A stretch of DNA of 58,844 bases from Candidatus Tectimicrobiota bacterium (GTDB taxonomy: Bacteria; JACPUC01), in the NCBI GenBank assembly GCA_016192455.1, contig JACPUC010000014.1, positions 62,001-120,844 on the forward strand, given 5' to 3'. Below, piece by piece: positions 40,027-51,256 of the stretch; the first letter of the stretch is position 1; each line of letters begins with the position of its first letter. Position numbers and translations under genes: made by a program. Under the pieces are notes generated by a model that was not told the DNA's origin, ran no database searches, and saw nothing but the letters and a program-made list of their open reading frames with translations.

Positions 40027-40794
40027 TTAGGGGCCGAGGCGCAGGCGCAGACCGTCGTATGCCGCCAGCACCTCCGCATCGCAGAGCTTGCGGCATTGCT
40101 CGACACATGCCTGCCCATCGGTCCCAGGGTAGAAGTGCGTGAGGAGGAGTGTACGACATTCGGCCCGATTTGCAATGGCGCCGGCTTCGGCGGGGGTGAG
40201 GTGCCCCTCCACCTTCTCGTCATCGTGGAAGGAGCACTCGAGGATCAGCACGTCGGCGCGCCGCGCCAGCTTGACGATGTTCTCGCACACGTCGGTATCG
40301 CCGGAGTAAACGAGGGAGGCGCCCTCCGCTTCGATGCGATAGCCGATGCAGGTGGGATGGTTCATCGGCAGGCAACGCAGGCTCCACGGTGTGTCGCCAG
40401 CGGTGATGGCGAGACGATCCTCCCAGAGCTCCTGGATGGTGAGCTCGTACTCCGGGGTCTCCACCCACGGGCCGTAGGCCTGCGCCAGGGTGGCCAGGAA
40501 GCGGCGGAAGCCGCGCGGCGCGTAGATGCGCAGCGGCTGCCGGCGGCTGAAGCCGGGGGTGATGCGCTGCGCCATGAGCAGGGGGACAAGATCGCCCACA
40601 TGATCGGCATGGAGATGGGTGTAGAGGAGGCTGGCCAGGAGGCGGTAGTCGAAGCCGAGGCGGACGAGGGCGCGGCTGGCGCCTGCGCCGCTGTCAAGCT
40701 GCACGAGGCTGCCGCCGATCTGCAGGAGATAGCCGGCCGGGCCGCGCTCAGCCGTGGGAACCCCGGTGCCCGAGCCGAGGACAGTGAGATCCAT
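40027..40794 (-). CDS. Metallo-beta-lactamase fold hydrolase, RNase Z-like
   Basis: LGSGTGVP, THLHADH, YSGDT, GHLT and LTHFYP. Confidence 0.9.
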   Translation of the reverse strand: MDLTVLGSGTGVPTAERGPAGYLLQIGGSLVQLDSGAGASRALVRLGFDYRLLASLLYTHLHADHVGDLVPLLMAQRITPGFSRRQPLRIYAPRGFRRFLATLAQAYGPWVETPEYELTIQELWEDRLAITAGDTPWSLRCLPMNHPTCIGYRIEAEGASLVYSGDTDVCENIVKLARRADVLILECSFHDDEKVEGHLTPAEAGAIANRAECRTLLLTHFYPGTDGQACVEQCRKLCDAEVLAAYDGLRLRLGP

Positions 40795-40808
40795 ATCGCA
40801 CCCAGCTT

Positions 40809-41924
40809 CTAGGCGCCGGCGGCCAGGGTCTTGCCGGCAGGCAGGCCGAGCGCTTCGGCCACCGCCGGATGGGCGACCTCGCCATGGAAGATGTTGAGGC
40901 CGGCGCGCAAGGCGGCATCCCGCCGCACCGCCTCCTCAACGCCGTAGTTCGCCAGGGCCAGGAGGTAGGGGGTGGTGACGTTGGCGAGGGCGAACGTCGA
41001 GGTGCGCGCCACGGCGCCGGGGATATTCGCCACGCAGTAGTGCAGGATACCGTCTTCCTCGTAGACGGGATCCTGGTGCGAGGTGGGGCGGGAAGTCTCG
41101 AAGCAGCCGCCCTGGTCGATGGCGACGTCCACCACCACCGCATGGGGCCGCATCAGGCGCAGCATGCCGCGGCTGACAAGCCGGGGCGCCCGGGCGCCGG
41201 GGATGAGCACCGCGCCAACCACCAAGTCCGCCTGGGCGATCGCCTCCTCGATCACGTCCGGGTTGGAGGCGAGGGTTTGCACCCTGCCGGCGAAGAGGTT
41301 GTCGAGCCAGCGCAGGCGCTCGATGTTGATATCGAGGATGGTGACATCGGCGCCGAGGCCGAGGGCGACGCGCGAGGCGTTCATGCCGACGATGCCGGCT
41401 CCCAACACGACAACTCGTCCGGGCGCCACGCCGGGCACGCCGCCCAGGAGGACGCCGGGCCCCCCGGCGCTGTTCATGAGGAAGGTGCCGCCCGCCTGCA
41501 CGCAAAGCCGCCCGGCAATCTCGCTCATCGGGGTAAGCAGGGGCAGCCGGCCATCCGCAAGCTGCACCGTCTCATAGGCGATGCCGGTGACGCCAGCCTT
41601 CAGCAACCCCCTCGCCACCTCGAGGTAGCCCGCCAGGTGCAGGAACGCGAAGAGGGTCTGGCCCGCCCGCATGTGGGCCAGTTCAACGACCTGGGGCTCC
41701 TTCACCTTGACGATCAGATCGCTCTCGGCATAGACCGCGGCGGCTGCCGGGACGATCACCGCCCCGGCGGCGCGGTAGGCCTCATCGCTCAAGCCGCAGC
41801 CGTGCCCGGCGCTCTGCTCGACCAGAACGCTGTGGCCGGACCGAACCAGTTCCCGCACCCCCGCCGGGACGAGGCCGACGCGGTACTCCTGCTCCTTGAT
41901 TTCCTTTGGAACCCCGATGCGCAT
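40809..41924 (-). CDS. ald: Alanine dehydrogenase
   Basis: MRIGVPKEIK.QEYRV, VKVKEP, LPLLTPMSEIAGR, DVAIDQGGC and HYCVANIPGAVARTST. Confidence 0.97.
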   Translation of the reverse strand: MRIGVPKEIKEQEYRVGLVPAGVRELVRSGHSVLVEQSAGHGCGLSDEAYRAAGAVIVPAAAAVYAESDLIVKVKEPQVVELAHMRAGQTLFAFLHLAGYLEVARGLLKAGVTGIAYETVQLADGRLPLLTPMSEIAGRLCVQAGGTFLMNSAGGPGVLLGGVPGVAPGRVVVLGAGIVGMNASRVALGLGADVTILDINIERLRWLDNLFAGRVQTLASNPDVIEEAIAQADLVVGAVLIPGARAPRLVSRGMLRLMRPHAVVVDVAIDQGGCFETSRPTSHQDPVYEEDGILHYCVANIPGAVARTSTFALANVTTPYLLALANYGVEEAVRRDAALRAGLNIFHGEVAHPAVAEALGLPAGKTLAAGA

Positions 41925-41931
41925 GGCGACC

Positions 41932-42459
41932 TCACCTTACTCTCGGCGCATCGGCTGTCGAGGCCGCCGGCGCGCGGATGAGGGTTGATTCCGCTTCCAC
42001 CACCAGGGCGCCGTCAGACGTCGTCGCCCAGGCGCGGGCCGTGGCGAACGCGGCGCGCTCCTCCACGAGCTCGCCGTAGACCTCCAGCCGCGCGCCAATG
42101 ACGACGGGGCGGCGGAAACGAACCGCAATGCGTCCGGTGTAGGCGTTGATGCCGCGCTGATAGAGACACTGGACCATGGCATCGTCGAGCACCGCCGTCA
42201 GCACCCCCCCATGTGCGAGGCCGTCGTACCCCTGCACGCCCGGCCCAGGAACGAAGGTGGCCCGCACCTGTGACCCCTCGAGGCGAAACGCCACCCGCAG
42301 GCCGTGCTCGTTCTCTCGGCCGCAGACGAAGCAGTGCCGGTCTGGCTGCATCTCCTCGCTTGACGGCGGTTGGTGAGGCGGCGGTGGTGGGGCTTGATGG
42401 GGGGATGGAACTGAGGGTTCGTTTGGAGGTTGACCAGGAGGCTGGGTTTGGGAAACCAC
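41932..42459 (-). CDS. PaaI-family thioesterase with Pro/Gln-rich N-terminus
   Basis: CFVCG.EN..GL and QGYDGLAHGGVLTAVLDD; GTG 42459 preceded by GGAGG (alternative ATG 42351). Confidence 0.85.
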   Translation of the reverse strand: MVSQTQPPGQPPNEPSVPSPHQAPPPPPHQPPSSEEMQPDRHCFVCGRENEHGLRVAFRLEGSQVRATFVPGPGVQGYDGLAHGGVLTAVLDDAMVQCLYQRGINAYTGRIAVRFRRPVVIGARLEVYGELVEERAAFATARAWATTSDGALVVEAESTLIRAPAASTADAPRVR

Positions 42460-42811
42460 AACGCCCTCCACGGAGGAGAGTGGCAGCGCCACGAGCCGCG
42501 GGCATCGGCGCGACGATGAGGCGCCGGCTGCGGGAGGTCTGCAAGGAGGTGCCCCGCGACGCGGTCGGCGCTTCCAGGAGCCTAGCGACGCGATGCGCCC
42601 TGCGCTGCGGGGTGGAAGGTTCCTCCGCGAGGCGTGGCCGCAAACGTGAAAGGAGCGGACCACCCGCTCCCCGCCTTGGCACTCGGCTCTTTGAGACTCG
42701 CCGCGCCTGGCGAGCAGCAAGCCCACCGCGGAGGACCAGCCGCCGGGCCGGCGAGCCCCGCGCAGCCGCATCCCGCGACGAGCTTCCCGGCACCGCGCGG
42801 CGTCTGCGGTG

Positions 42812-43207
42812 CTAGCTCTTGGCCTCCTTCACCTTACGACCGGCCGTGTAGTCGCCATCAACCAGCTCGATGATCGCCTGCGGCGCGTTGTCCCCCGGCC
42901 TGGATTCCAGCTTGTAGATGCGGGTGTACCCCCCCGGTCGCTGGGCGTAGCGCGGCCCCACCACGTCGAAGAGTTTCTTCAGGCACGCCTTGTCGCGCAC
43001 CACGCAGAGGGCGCGGCGGCGGTCGTGGAGGGTGCCGCGCTTGGCGAGGGTGATGGTGCGCTCCGCGATGGAGCGCATCTCCTTGGCCTTCGCCTCCGTT
43101 GTGGTGATGCGCTCATACCGGATGAGGCTGGTGACGAGGTTGCGCATGAGCGCTTTGCGGTGCGCCGCGTTGCGGCTGAGTTTTCGCCCTGCTTTCAAAT
43201 GGCGCAT
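42812..43207 (-). CDS. rplQ: 50S ribosomal protein L17
   Basis: MRHLKAGRKLSR, ITTTEAKAKE and RPGGYTRI. Confidence 0.98.
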   Translation of the reverse strand: MRHLKAGRKLSRNAAHRKALMRNLVTSLIRYERITTTEAKAKEMRSIAERTITLAKRGTLHDRRRALCVVRDKACLKKLFDVVGPRYAQRPGGYTRIYKLESRPGDNAPQAIIELVDGDYTAGRKVKEAKS

Positions 43208-43491
43208 GATTCGCCTCTTTGCCGGGAACCCCAAGTTGGTGGGGCGCTGTCAAGGTACCGACCAATGAATCCCGCACGGAGGTGGCGGCGGCCCCGATCA
43301 TCGCGCACGCTTAGCGCCGGGGTGCCTCGCTCCCACTTTTGCCGGCGCTGGGCGCACCCTCCTGCGCGTGGCGCCGCGCTGCCCGGAGGGAATGAGGAAG
43401 TAGGGATCGCGCCCCCCCCTCAACGAACCCCTCCGCGCCAGATTCGGCTTCCAGGGCGGCGAATTCTTCCGCCTGATTCCTGGGCGGAGCC

Positions 43492-44487
43492 CTACGACGC
43501 GGACTTCGCCCCGCGGCTCACCTGCGCCTCGGCCTCCACCAGGTTCATGCCGAGGTGAAGGTTCATCTCCGTCAGGATGTCCTTGATCTCATTCAGCGAC
43601 TTGCGCCCGAAGTTGCGCGTCTTCAGCATCTCGGCTTCGCTCTTCTGCACGAGGTCGCGGATGGTCCTGAGGTTCGCGTTCTTCAAGCAGTTGTAAGAGC
43701 GCACGGAGAGCTCCAGCTCCTCGACGCTGCGGTCGAGGTTGGCCATCAGCTCCTGCTTGGCCCGATCGAGGACGGGAGCTTCCAGCTCGGGCTCTTCCTC
43801 GAAGTTGATGAAGATCTGCAGGTGGTCCTTCACCAGCTTGGCGGCCCTGGCCACCGCATCCTCGGGACTGATGCTGCCGTTTGTCCAGACCTGCAGGATG
43901 AGCTTGTCGTAGTCTGTCTCCTGGCCGACACGGGTGTTCTCCACCTTGAAGTTCACCCGCCGCACCGGCGAGAAGACGGAATCGATCGGGATAAGCTGCG
44001 CCGGCTGGCCGTCTTCGCGGTTCCGCTCCGCCGGCACGTAGCCGCGGCCGACCTTCGCCACGAGCTGGGCATGGAGCTTCCCCTCCTTGCTGAGCGTGGC
44101 GATATGTTGCTCGGGATTGAGGATCTCCACATCCGCGTCGTGCTCGATGGTGGCGCCGGTGATCACCTGCTCCCCTTCGCCATGAATCTCCAGGGTCTTC
44201 GGGTGATCAACATGCATCTTGAGGTTCAGCTCCTTGAGGTTCAAGAGGATATCGACAACATCCTCGGCCACGCCCGGGAGCGTGGAGAACTCATGGTAGA
44301 CCCCCTCAATCTGCACGTTGGCGATCGCCGCCCCGGGCAGGGAGGAGAGGAGGGCGCGGCGCAAGGCCGTCCCCAGCGTGGTGCCCCAGCCCCGCTCAAA
44401 GGGCTCGGCGACGAACATGCCATAGGTCTTCGTGAGGGTTGAGCGATCACACTCTAAGCGTTTCGGCCGTTGAAAGGGTCTACTCAT
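43492..44487 (-). CDS. rpoA: RNA polymerase alpha subunit
   Basis: [38 protein letters not shown] and NFGRKSL. Confidence 0.99.
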   Translation of the reverse strand: MSRPFQRPKRLECDRSTLTKTYGMFVAEPFERGWGTTLGTALRRALLSSLPGAAIANVQIEGVYHEFSTLPGVAEDVVDILLNLKELNLKMHVDHPKTLEIHGEGEQVITGATIEHDADVEILNPEQHIATLSKEGKLHAQLVAKVGRGYVPAERNREDGQPAQLIPIDSVFSPVRRVNFKVENTRVGQETDYDKLILQVWTNGSISPEDAVARAAKLVKDHLQIFINFEEEPELEAPVLDRAKQELMANLDRSVEELELSVRSYNCLKNANLRTIRDLVQKSEAEMLKTRNFGRKSLNEIKDILTEMNLHLGMNLVEAEAQVSRGAKSAS

Positions 44488-44584
44488 GCTGACCTGTGCC
44501 CTGCACGGCGGGGGGTTCGCTCCTGCCGCCTGCTGACGTTATGATTCGGCAACTCGCGCGCTCCAGCGCCGTTGCGAGCAGCGC

Positions 44585-45214
44585 CTACTTCGAGTACAGC
44601 TCGACGATGAGTTGCTCGTCGATGAGATCGCTGCACTCCTGACGCGTCGGAAGCTGCACGATCCGACTTTGCACCGCCCCACGATCGAGCTCCAGCCACT
44701 GCGGCACGCCGCGCCGCTCGGCTCGTTCCAGGGCCAGCCGGATGATGTCGAGGCCGCGGCTCTGCTGCCGCACGGCTACCACCTCCCCCTGTTTCACCTG
44801 GTAAGAGGGGATATCGACGGCTTTGCCGCCGACCTGAATATGCCGGTGGCGCACGAGCTGCCGCGCCTGCTGGAGGGAAGTGGCAAACCCCGAGCGGTGG
44901 ACGACGCTATCGAGGCGCCGCTCCAGCATGGTGAGGAAGACCTCACCCGTCACCCCGCGCTTGCGCTCGGCGCGCTGGAACGTCAGGCGGAACTGCTTCT
45001 CCAGCAACCCATACATGCGCTTCGCCTTCTGCTTGGCGCGCAGTTGGATGCCGTACGGGGTGATCTTCTGACGCCGCCGTTGACCATGCTGCCCTGGGAC
45101 GTAGTTGCGGCGCTCGATGGCACACTTGTCCGAGAAGCAGCGCTCTCCCTTCAGGAAGAGCTTCTCGCCTTCGCGCCGACACAACCGGCAAACTGGACCG
45201 ATGTACCTAGCCAC
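44585..45214 (-). CDS. rpsD: 30S ribosomal protein S4
   Basis: MARYIGPVCRLCRREG, LERRLD and IVELYSK. Confidence 0.99.
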   Translation of the reverse strand: MARYIGPVCRLCRREGEKLFLKGERCFSDKCAIERRNYVPGQHGQRRRQKITPYGIQLRAKQKAKRMYGLLEKQFRLTFQRAERKRGVTGEVFLTMLERRLDSVVHRSGFATSLQQARQLVRHRHIQVGGKAVDIPSYQVKQGEVVAVRQQSRGLDIIRLALERAERRGVPQWLELDRGAVQSRIVQLPTRQECSDLIDEQLIVELYSK

Positions 45215-45313
45215 GCTTCTTTGCTCTCCTCAACCGCTCTGCTGTTCGAATCAGGGCCTCCTCAGGACGCCCACGAACGGAACCAGGCGCGCCTGACGGG
45301 CGGGACGCCGGGC

Positions 45314-45706
45314 TTAAACGCGGCGCCGTTTCGGCGGCCGACAGCCATTGTGCGGGATGGGCGTGACGTCGCGGATCATCTCGATTTCGAGTCCCGCCGC
45401 CTGCATGGCGCGAATGGCCGCCTCACGGCCGGAACCCGGCCCCTTCACCAACACCTGCACCTTCCGCACCCCGAGCTCCATCGCCTTGCGGGCCGCCGCC
45501 TCACCGGCGATCTGGGCGGCGAAGGGGGTGCTTTTGCGGGAGCCCTTGAACCCTTGCGCGCCGGCCGAGGACCAGGCGACGACGTTGCCGGCCGCATCGG
45601 TGATGGTGACGATGGTGTTGTTGAAGGTGGAGAGCACATGCGTGATCCCCTCGCCGATCACCCTGCGCTCCTTGCGCCTGCCGCCCCGTTTCTTTCCGTC
45701 GGACAT
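45314..45706 (-). CDS. rpsK: 30S ribosomal protein S11
   Basis: [18 protein letters not shown] and [18 protein letters not shown]. Confidence 0.99.
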   Translation of the reverse strand: MSDGKKRGGRRKERRVIGEGITHVLSTFNNTIVTITDAAGNVVAWSSAGAQGFKGSRKSTPFAAQIAGEAAARKAMELGVRKVQVLVKGPGSGREAAIRAMQAAGLEIEMIRDVTPIPHNGCRPPKRRRV

Positions 45707-45731
45707 GGGTCGTTCTGCTCCTTACCTGACA

Positions 45732-46106
45732 CTATTTCTTCTTGCCGCGGGCGCCGACCGTCCGCCGCGGGCCTTTGCGCGTGCGCGAGTTGGTCCGCGT
45801 GCGCTGGCCGTGCACGGGGAGACCACGCCGGTGCCGCAGCCCGCAGTAGGTGCCGATGTCCATCAAGCGCTTGATGTTCATCGTCACTTCGCGCCGCAGG
45901 TCGCCCTCGACCGTGTAGCGCTGCTCGATGATCGTCCGGACCTTGGCGATCTCCTGGTCGGTGAAGTCCTTGATGCGCTTCTGTGGGTTAATGTCGGCTT
46001 CGGCAAGAATGCGCTTCGCGATCGAGCGGCCGACGCCGAAAATGTAGGTGAGCGCCGTTTCCGCCTGCTTGTCGTTGGGAACATCGACGCCAGCAATACG
46101 TGCCAC
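45732..46106 (-). CDS. rpsM: 30S ribosomal protein S13
   Basis: GTG start, ARIAGVD, EGDLRR and [16 protein letters not shown]. Confidence 0.98.
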   Translation of the reverse strand: MARIAGVDVPNDKQAETALTYIFGVGRSIAKRILAEADINPQKRIKDFTDQEIAKVRTIIEQRYTVEGDLRREVTMNIKRLMDIGTYCGLRHRRGLPVHGQRTRTNSRTRKGPRRTVGARGKKK

Positions 46107-46239
46107 CCTCGCACCTCCTCTTACGGCTGCGGCCCCGCGCCGCGCTGTCGGCGGGCCGACGCAGAGTGGCCTCACCGCCCCCTCGCATCGGCCCCACCAC
46201 GCACGGCGCCGGCCGCGCGCCCGAGCGCTCGCCGCGTCA

Positions 46240-46353
46240 CTACCCTTGCCGCTGCTTGTGGCGGGGATTCTCGCAGATCACCCGCACCACGCCCTTGCGG
46301 CGAATGACTTTACACTTGGCGCAGATCGGCTTCACCGAGGCTTGCACTTTCAT
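46240..46353 (-). CDS. rpmJ: 50S ribosomal protein L36 (zinc-binding type)
   Basis: [21 protein letters not shown]...HKQRQG. Confidence 0.98.
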   Translation of the reverse strand: MKVQASVKPICAKCKVIRRKGVVRVICENPRHKQRQG

Positions 46354-46499
46354 GGTTCCCATCCTCCGCGGCGACGCGCCGGGACCTGTCGCCGCTGGGG
46401 GCATCCTCTGAAATCCCCGCTCTGGGGAACTCCCAGCAAGAGTCTTCCGGGAAGAGCCTCCCCCCAACAGCGTCCGGAGGAGGAAGCATCCCGGCCCCG

Positions 46500-46718
46500 C
46501 TACTTGTACCGGAACGTGATGCGTCCGCGGCTCAGATCATAGGGCGAGAGCTCGAGGCGCACCCTGTCCCCCGGCAGAATTCTGATGAAGTGCATGCGCA
46601 TCTTGCCGGAGATGTGCGCCAGAACCTTGTGACCATTATCGAGCCGGACACGGAACATCGCATTCGGCAACGGCTCCTCAATGGTCCCCTCGACTTCGAT
46701 GGCATCCTCTTTAGCCAT
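46500..46718 (-). CDS. infA: Translation initiation factor IF-1
   Basis: [18 protein letters not shown] and SPYDL.RGRI. Confidence 0.99.
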   Translation of the reverse strand: MAKEDAIEVEGTIEEPLPNAMFRVRLDNGHKVLAHISGKMRMHFIRILPGDRVRLELSPYDLSRGRITFRYK

Positions 46719-46758
46719 GGAGCCCCGTCCTCAGGCCGCTCTTCCTGCGCTCCGGTGC

Positions 46759-47526
46759 TTACGCTGATGCCGAGAACCCGTCGCGCAAGGTGAGGATCTC
46801 GGTCCCCTGATCGGTAATCGCCACGGTATGCTCAAAATGGGCCGAGCGCTTGCCATCGGCGGTCACGACCGTCCACTGATCGCTGAGGATGCGCACGTCG
46901 TGGGTGCCGGCGTTCACCATCGGCTCGAGGGCCAACACGAAACCCCGGCGCAGCCTGGGGCCGCTCCCCGCCGTACCGAAGTTCGGCACTTGCGGGTCCT
47001 CATGCAGCGCCTGCCCGATGCCGTGCCCCACGAAGACGCGCACCACGCCGTAGCCATGCCCCTCGGCATAGCTCTGGATCGCATGCGACACATCCCCCAG
47101 GTGGTTCCCCTCCTTCATCTGGGCGATGCCCATGAAAAGCGCTTTCTCGGTCACGTCCAGGAGGCGCCACGATTCCTGGGAGACCTCGCCCACCGGCACG
47201 GTGACGGCGGAGTCGCCGTAGTACCCGTCCACGCGGGCGCCCAGGTCAAGCCCAACAATGTCACCACTGCGCAGCTTGCGCTTCGACGGGATGCCGTGCA
47301 CCACCTCTTCGTTGATTGAGGTGCAGAGTGTGCAGGGGAAGCCGCGGTAGCCTTTGAAGGCGGGGATGCCGCCGCGCTCGCGGATGCAGGCTTCCGCCAT
47401 GGCGTCGAGCTCGCGGGTGGTGATGCCCTCCTCTACGTGGGCGATGAGGCAGTGCAAGGTTTCGGCAACGATGCGGTTCGGTCGCCGCATCTTCTCTATC
47501 TCTTCCGGCGTCTTGATGTGGATCAT
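46759..47526 (-). CDS. map: Methionine aminopeptidase type I
   Basis: SINEEVVHGIP, GYYGDSA, GHGIG..LHEDP, EPM and SAHFEHT; TGATG overlap with adk. Confidence 0.98.
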   Translation of the reverse strand: MIHIKTPEEIEKMRRPNRIVAETLHCLIAHVEEGITTRELDAMAEACIRERGGIPAFKGYRGFPCTLCTSINEEVVHGIPSKRKLRSGDIVGLDLGARVDGYYGDSAVTVPVGEVSQESWRLLDVTEKALFMGIAQMKEGNHLGDVSHAIQSYAEGHGYGVVRVFVGHGIGQALHEDPQVPNFGTAGSGPRLRRGFVLALEPMVNAGTHDVRILSDQWTVVTADGKRSAHFEHTVAITDQGTEILTLRDGFSASA

Positions 47527-48176
47527 CACGCACGCCTTTCCAGCACGCGACAAATCTCCTCAAAAATAGTGTCAATCTTGCCCATGCCGTGGATGGTGAG
47601 CAGGAGCCCCCCATGGTTGTAAAAAGCCGCCAGCGGGGCGGTCTGCTCCGTGTAGACCTTCAAGCGCTCCCTGATCGTGGCTTCCTGATCATCGGAGCGC
47701 TGGTAGAGTTCACCGCCACAGGCGTCGCACTTCCCCGCCACCTTGGAGGGGTTGAACACCGTGTGGAACATGGCGCCGCAAGCGCGGCAGGTGCGCCGAC
47801 CCGTGAGCCGGCGCAGCAGTTCCCCCTGCTCGACCTCGACGTTGATCACGGCGTCGAGCCGGCTGTTGAGCGCCTCCAGGGCGTCCCGCAACGCTTCGGC
47901 CTGGGCAAGCGTGCGCGGGAACCCATCGAGGATGTAGCCCTCTCGGCAATCGGCAACCCGCAGCCGTTCCTCGATGAGGGCGATGACCAGCGGATCGGGA
48001 ACGAGCTCGCCCTGATCCATGTATCCCTTGGCGCGCTTTCCCAGGCTGGTCCTCTCTCGCACCGCGGCGCGCAGGATGTCGCCGGTGGAGACCTGGGGAA
48101 TGCCGTACTTCTCCGCCAGAAGCTTCGCTTGGGTCCCCTTGCCGGAGCCTGGAGGGCCAAGAAAGATCAGCCGCAC
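47526..48176 (-). CDS. adk: Adenylate kinase (zinc-lid type)
   Basis: GPPGSGKGTQ, LDGFPRT and CRAC...CDAC. Confidence 0.99.
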   Translation of the reverse strand: MRLIFLGPPGSGKGTQAKLLAEKYGIPQVSTGDILRAAVRERTSLGKRAKGYMDQGELVPDPLVIALIEERLRVADCREGYILDGFPRTLAQAEALRDALEALNSRLDAVINVEVEQGELLRRLTGRRTCRACGAMFHTVFNPSKVAGKCDACGGELYQRSDDQEATIRERLKVYTEQTAPLAAFYNHGGLLLTIHGMGKIDTIFEEICRVLERRA

Positions 48177-48247
48177 AACGTCCTCCCGAACGTCACGGGT
48201 TGCTCGAGGGCGAACGCCGCCGGCGCGGCGCCGTCCGCCGCCCCGCC

Positions 48248-49558
48248 TCAGCGACGGCTGCGCACCCGTCCCTTCTTCATGAATCCTTCGTAGTGGCGCA
48301 TGACGAGGTGCGACTCCACCTGCGCCATCGTATCCATGGCCACGCCGACGACGATGAGCAGCGCCGTGCCGCCGAAGAAGAAGGGCGTATTGAAGTAACT
48401 GATCAGGTAGGTCGGCAAGACGACGATCACCGACAGGTAGATGGCTCCCGCGAAGGTGAGGCGGGTAAGCGCCCGGTCAATGAACTCCGCCGTGGGACGC
48501 CCGGCGCGGATGCCGGGGATAAACCCGCCATAGTTCTTCACGTTGTCGGCCACATCCACGGGGTTGAAGATGATCGCCGTGTAGAAGTAGCAGAAGAAGA
48601 AGATGAGGATGACGGTCGACAAGGTGTAGAGCCAGCGGCCCGGCGAGATGAGGCCGGCGATATCCTGCACCCACGGCACCGCCATGAAGCTGGCGATCGT
48701 GGCGGGGAACATGATGAGCGACGAGGCGAAGATGGGCGGGATGACGCCGGAGGTGTTGACCTTCAGCGGCAAGTGGGTGCTCTGCCCGCCGTACATGCGC
48801 CGCCCCACCACGCGCTTGGCGTACTGGATGGGGATGCGGCGCTGGCCGCTCTCGACGAAGACAATCACGGCCACCACGAAGAGCATGAAGACGATGAGGG
48901 CGAGCACGAAGAAGATGGAGAACTCACCGGTGCGCAGGAGCTCAAAGGTGCCGCCCACGGCCGACGGCATGCCGGCAACGATGCCGGCGTAGATGATGAG
49001 CGAGATGCCATTGCCGATGCCGCGCTCGGTAATTTGCTCTCCCACCCACATGATGAAGGCGGTACCGGCGGTAAAGCTCATGATGGCGATGAAACGGAAA
49101 GGCCATCCCGGGAACGGCACGACCGCGGCTCCCCCGGGGCTCTGCATCTGTTCCAGCCCCAGGGCGATACCGAACCCCTGGATGGCGCTGAGTACCACCG
49201 TGCCGTAACGGGCGTACTGGTTGATCTTCTTGCGCCCCTGCTCCCCTTCCTTCTTCAGCTTATCGAGGGAGGGCACGACGACGGTGAGGAGCTCCAGGAT
49301 GATCGTGGCGCTGATGTAAGGCATGATGCCGAGGGCGAAGATCGTCATGCGCTCGAGGGCGCCGCCGGCGAAGAGATCGAAGAACCCCAGGAGTGTCCCC
49401 TGCTGGCGGGCGAAGAACTGGGCAAGGGCCTGACTGTCGATGCCGGGCGTGGGGATGTGCGCCCCGATGCGATAGACCGCCAGCATGAGCAGCGTAAAGA
49501 GGATGCGCTTGCGCAGCTCGGGAATCTTAAAGACGTTCTGGAAACTGTCGACTGCCAC
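48248..49558 (-). CDS. secY: Preprotein translocase SecY
   Basis: IFALGIMPYISA, GIGNGISL, GVIPPIFASS and FIPGIR. Confidence 0.99.
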   Translation of the reverse strand: MAVDSFQNVFKIPELRKRILFTLLMLAVYRIGAHIPTPGIDSQALAQFFARQQGTLLGFFDLFAGGALERMTIFALGIMPYISATIILELLTVVVPSLDKLKKEGEQGRKKINQYARYGTVVLSAIQGFGIALGLEQMQSPGGAAVVPFPGWPFRFIAIMSFTAGTAFIMWVGEQITERGIGNGISLIIYAGIVAGMPSAVGGTFELLRTGEFSIFFVLALIVFMLFVVAVIVFVESGQRRIPIQYAKRVVGRRMYGGQSTHLPLKVNTSGVIPPIFASSLIMFPATIASFMAVPWVQDIAGLISPGRWLYTLSTVILIFFFCYFYTAIIFNPVDVADNVKNYGGFIPGIRAGRPTAEFIDRALTRLTFAGAIYLSVIVVLPTYLISYFNTPFFFGGTALLIVVGVAMDTMAQVESHLVMRHYEGFMKKGRVRSRR

Positions 49559-49560
49559 GC

Positions 49561-50001
49561 CTACGCTTCCTGAACTTGGCCGCCAGCGGCGCGAATCTTT
49601 TCCACCGCGGTCTTGCTGAAACGGTGGGCCTGCACGATGAGGGCCTTGCTGAGCTCTCCGTCACCGAGGATCTTGACCGCCAGACCTCTGCCGCGGATGA
49701 GCCGGCGTTCGCCGAGGAGCTCCGGGGTCACCGCGGTGTTCGCCGCAAAGACGTCGAGGTCGCCGACGTTCACGATCTCGTAGCGTTTCGTAAAGATGTT
49801 CGTAAACCCCCGCTTTGGCAAGCGCCGTTGCAGGGGCATCTGCCCACCCTCGAACCAGGGCGGCAGGGAGCCTCCCGAACGTGCTTTCTGCCCCTTGTGA
49901 CCGCGACCTGAGGTTTTGCCCAGGCCACTCCCCGGTCCGCGTCCGACCCGCTTGATGCTCTGCCGGGACCCCGGGGCGGGGCGCAGTTCATGCAGCTTCA
50001 T
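49561..50001 (-). CDS. rplO: 50S ribosomal protein L15
   Basis: [19 protein letters not shown] and [16 protein letters not shown]. Confidence 0.99.
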   Translation of the reverse strand: MKLHELRPAPGSRQSIKRVGRGPGSGLGKTSGRGHKGQKARSGGSLPPWFEGGQMPLQRRLPKRGFTNIFTKRYEIVNVGDLDVFAANTAVTPELLGERRLIRGRGLAVKILGDGELSKALIVQAHRFSKTAVEKIRAAGGQVQEA

Positions 50002-50216
50002 GGATGCCGCTCTCCTTGCTCAGCCGCGTTCTCGGTCACCAGGGTGCAGCGCACCAGGTGGGGGACCTTGTTGATCATGCCACGCACCGCCCGGCTGTCT
50101 TCCCGACGCACGGTGTGGTGCAGCCGGCGCAGCCCCAAGCCCCGCAGCACGAGCTTCAGCTTCGTTGGCGAGCCGATGCCGCTCTTCACGAGGGTGATGT
50201 CGATGTAGCGCGCCAT
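49998..50216 (-). CDS. rpmD: 50S ribosomal protein L30
   Basis: ITLVKS.IG, LRGLGL and RGMINKV.HLV; short C-terminal extension overlapping rplO. Confidence 0.95.
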   Translation of the reverse strand: MARYIDITLVKSGIGSPTKLKLVLRGLGLRRLHHTVRREDSRAVRGMINKVPHLVRCTLVTENAAEQGERHP

Positions 50217-50249
50217 GCTCCTCTCCCGTCCCGCCCAGGCGCTGCTGGG

Positions 50250-50747
50250 CTACGCGAACAGCTCCTCCACCCGCTTGCCGCGCAGGGAGGCTACGTCGGC
50301 GGCATCGCGGAGCTGCTCAAGCCCGTTCATGGTGGCCCGCACCACGTTGTGGGGGTTCTTCGAGCCGAGCGACTTGGTGAGGATATCGCGCACCCCCACG
50401 GCCTCCAGCACCGCCCGCACGGCGCTGCCGGCGATCACCCCGGTGCCTTCCGAGGCCGGACGCAAGAACACCCGGCCGGCTCCATAGACGCCGACCACCT
50501 GGTGGGTGATGGTGCTTCCCTTCAGGGTGATGTGGCGGAGATCTTTCTTGGCTTTCTCGATAGCCTTGCGGATCGCCTCGGGCACCTCGTTGGCCTTCCC
50601 CTTGCCGATGCCGACGGTGCCGTTGCGGTTGCCCACCACCACGAGGGCGCTGAAGCTGAAACGCCGCCCACCTTTGACCACTTTCGCCACGCGGTTGACG
50701 TTGATGATCTTGTCAACGAACTCGGCTGGCTGTCCCCGCTCTTCCAC
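50250..50747 (-). CDS. rpsE: 30S ribosomal protein S5
   Basis: [15 protein letters not shown] and GTGVIAG; GTG 50747 after GAGGAG. Confidence 0.97.
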   Translation of the reverse strand: MEERGQPAEFVDKIINVNRVAKVVKGGRRFSFSALVVVGNRNGTVGIGKGKANEVPEAIRKAIEKAKKDLRHITLKGSTITHQVVGVYGAGRVFLRPASEGTGVIAGSAVRAVLEAVGVRDILTKSLGSKNPHNVVRATMNGLEQLRDAADVASLRGKRVEELFA

Positions 50748-50807
50748 ACTCTGCTCCTCTGCCCGTCTCGTCTCGTGCGGGCGACCTCCTGCCACGGGGC
50801 GCCGCGG

Positions 50808-51170
50808 TTAGAACCGCAGCCCCTTCTCGCGTGCGGCATCAGCCAGCGCCGCGATCTTGCCGTGATACCGGTAGCCGTTGCGATCGAAGACCACGCTGGT
50901 GATACCCTGCGCCAGCGCCGCCTCGGCGATCTTCTCCCCGATCACCTTCGCCATGGCCACAGTGGCCGTCTTGCCGTCGGTCGGCTTGAGGGCCTTCGCC
51001 GTGCTGGTGCACGCCGCCAGGGTCACGCCGCGGTGATCATCGATGAGCTGCGCATAGATGTGCTTGTTGCTCTTGAAGACGCTGAGGCGCGGCCGTGCAG
51101 GCGTGCCGGAAACCTTCCGACGCACGCGCTGCTTCCGAAACTGGCGTCCTCGTGCTCGCAGCGACAGCAT
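50808..51170 (-). CDS. rplR: 50S ribosomal protein L18
   Basis: [16 protein letters not shown] and VVFDR.GY.YHG. Confidence 0.98.
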   Translation of the reverse strand: MLSLRARGRQFRKQRVRRKVSGTPARPRLSVFKSNKHIYAQLIDDHRGVTLAACTSTAKALKPTDGKTATVAMAKVIGEKIAEAALAQGITSVVFDRNGYRYHGKIAALADAAREKGLRF

Positions 51171-51256
51171 CGCCTCACCTCACTCCCGCTCCGCGCCCCG
51201 CGCGGCGCTGCCGTGGGCCGCCGGCGGCCTCTCCGGCATCGCCGGGGCGGTGCCTG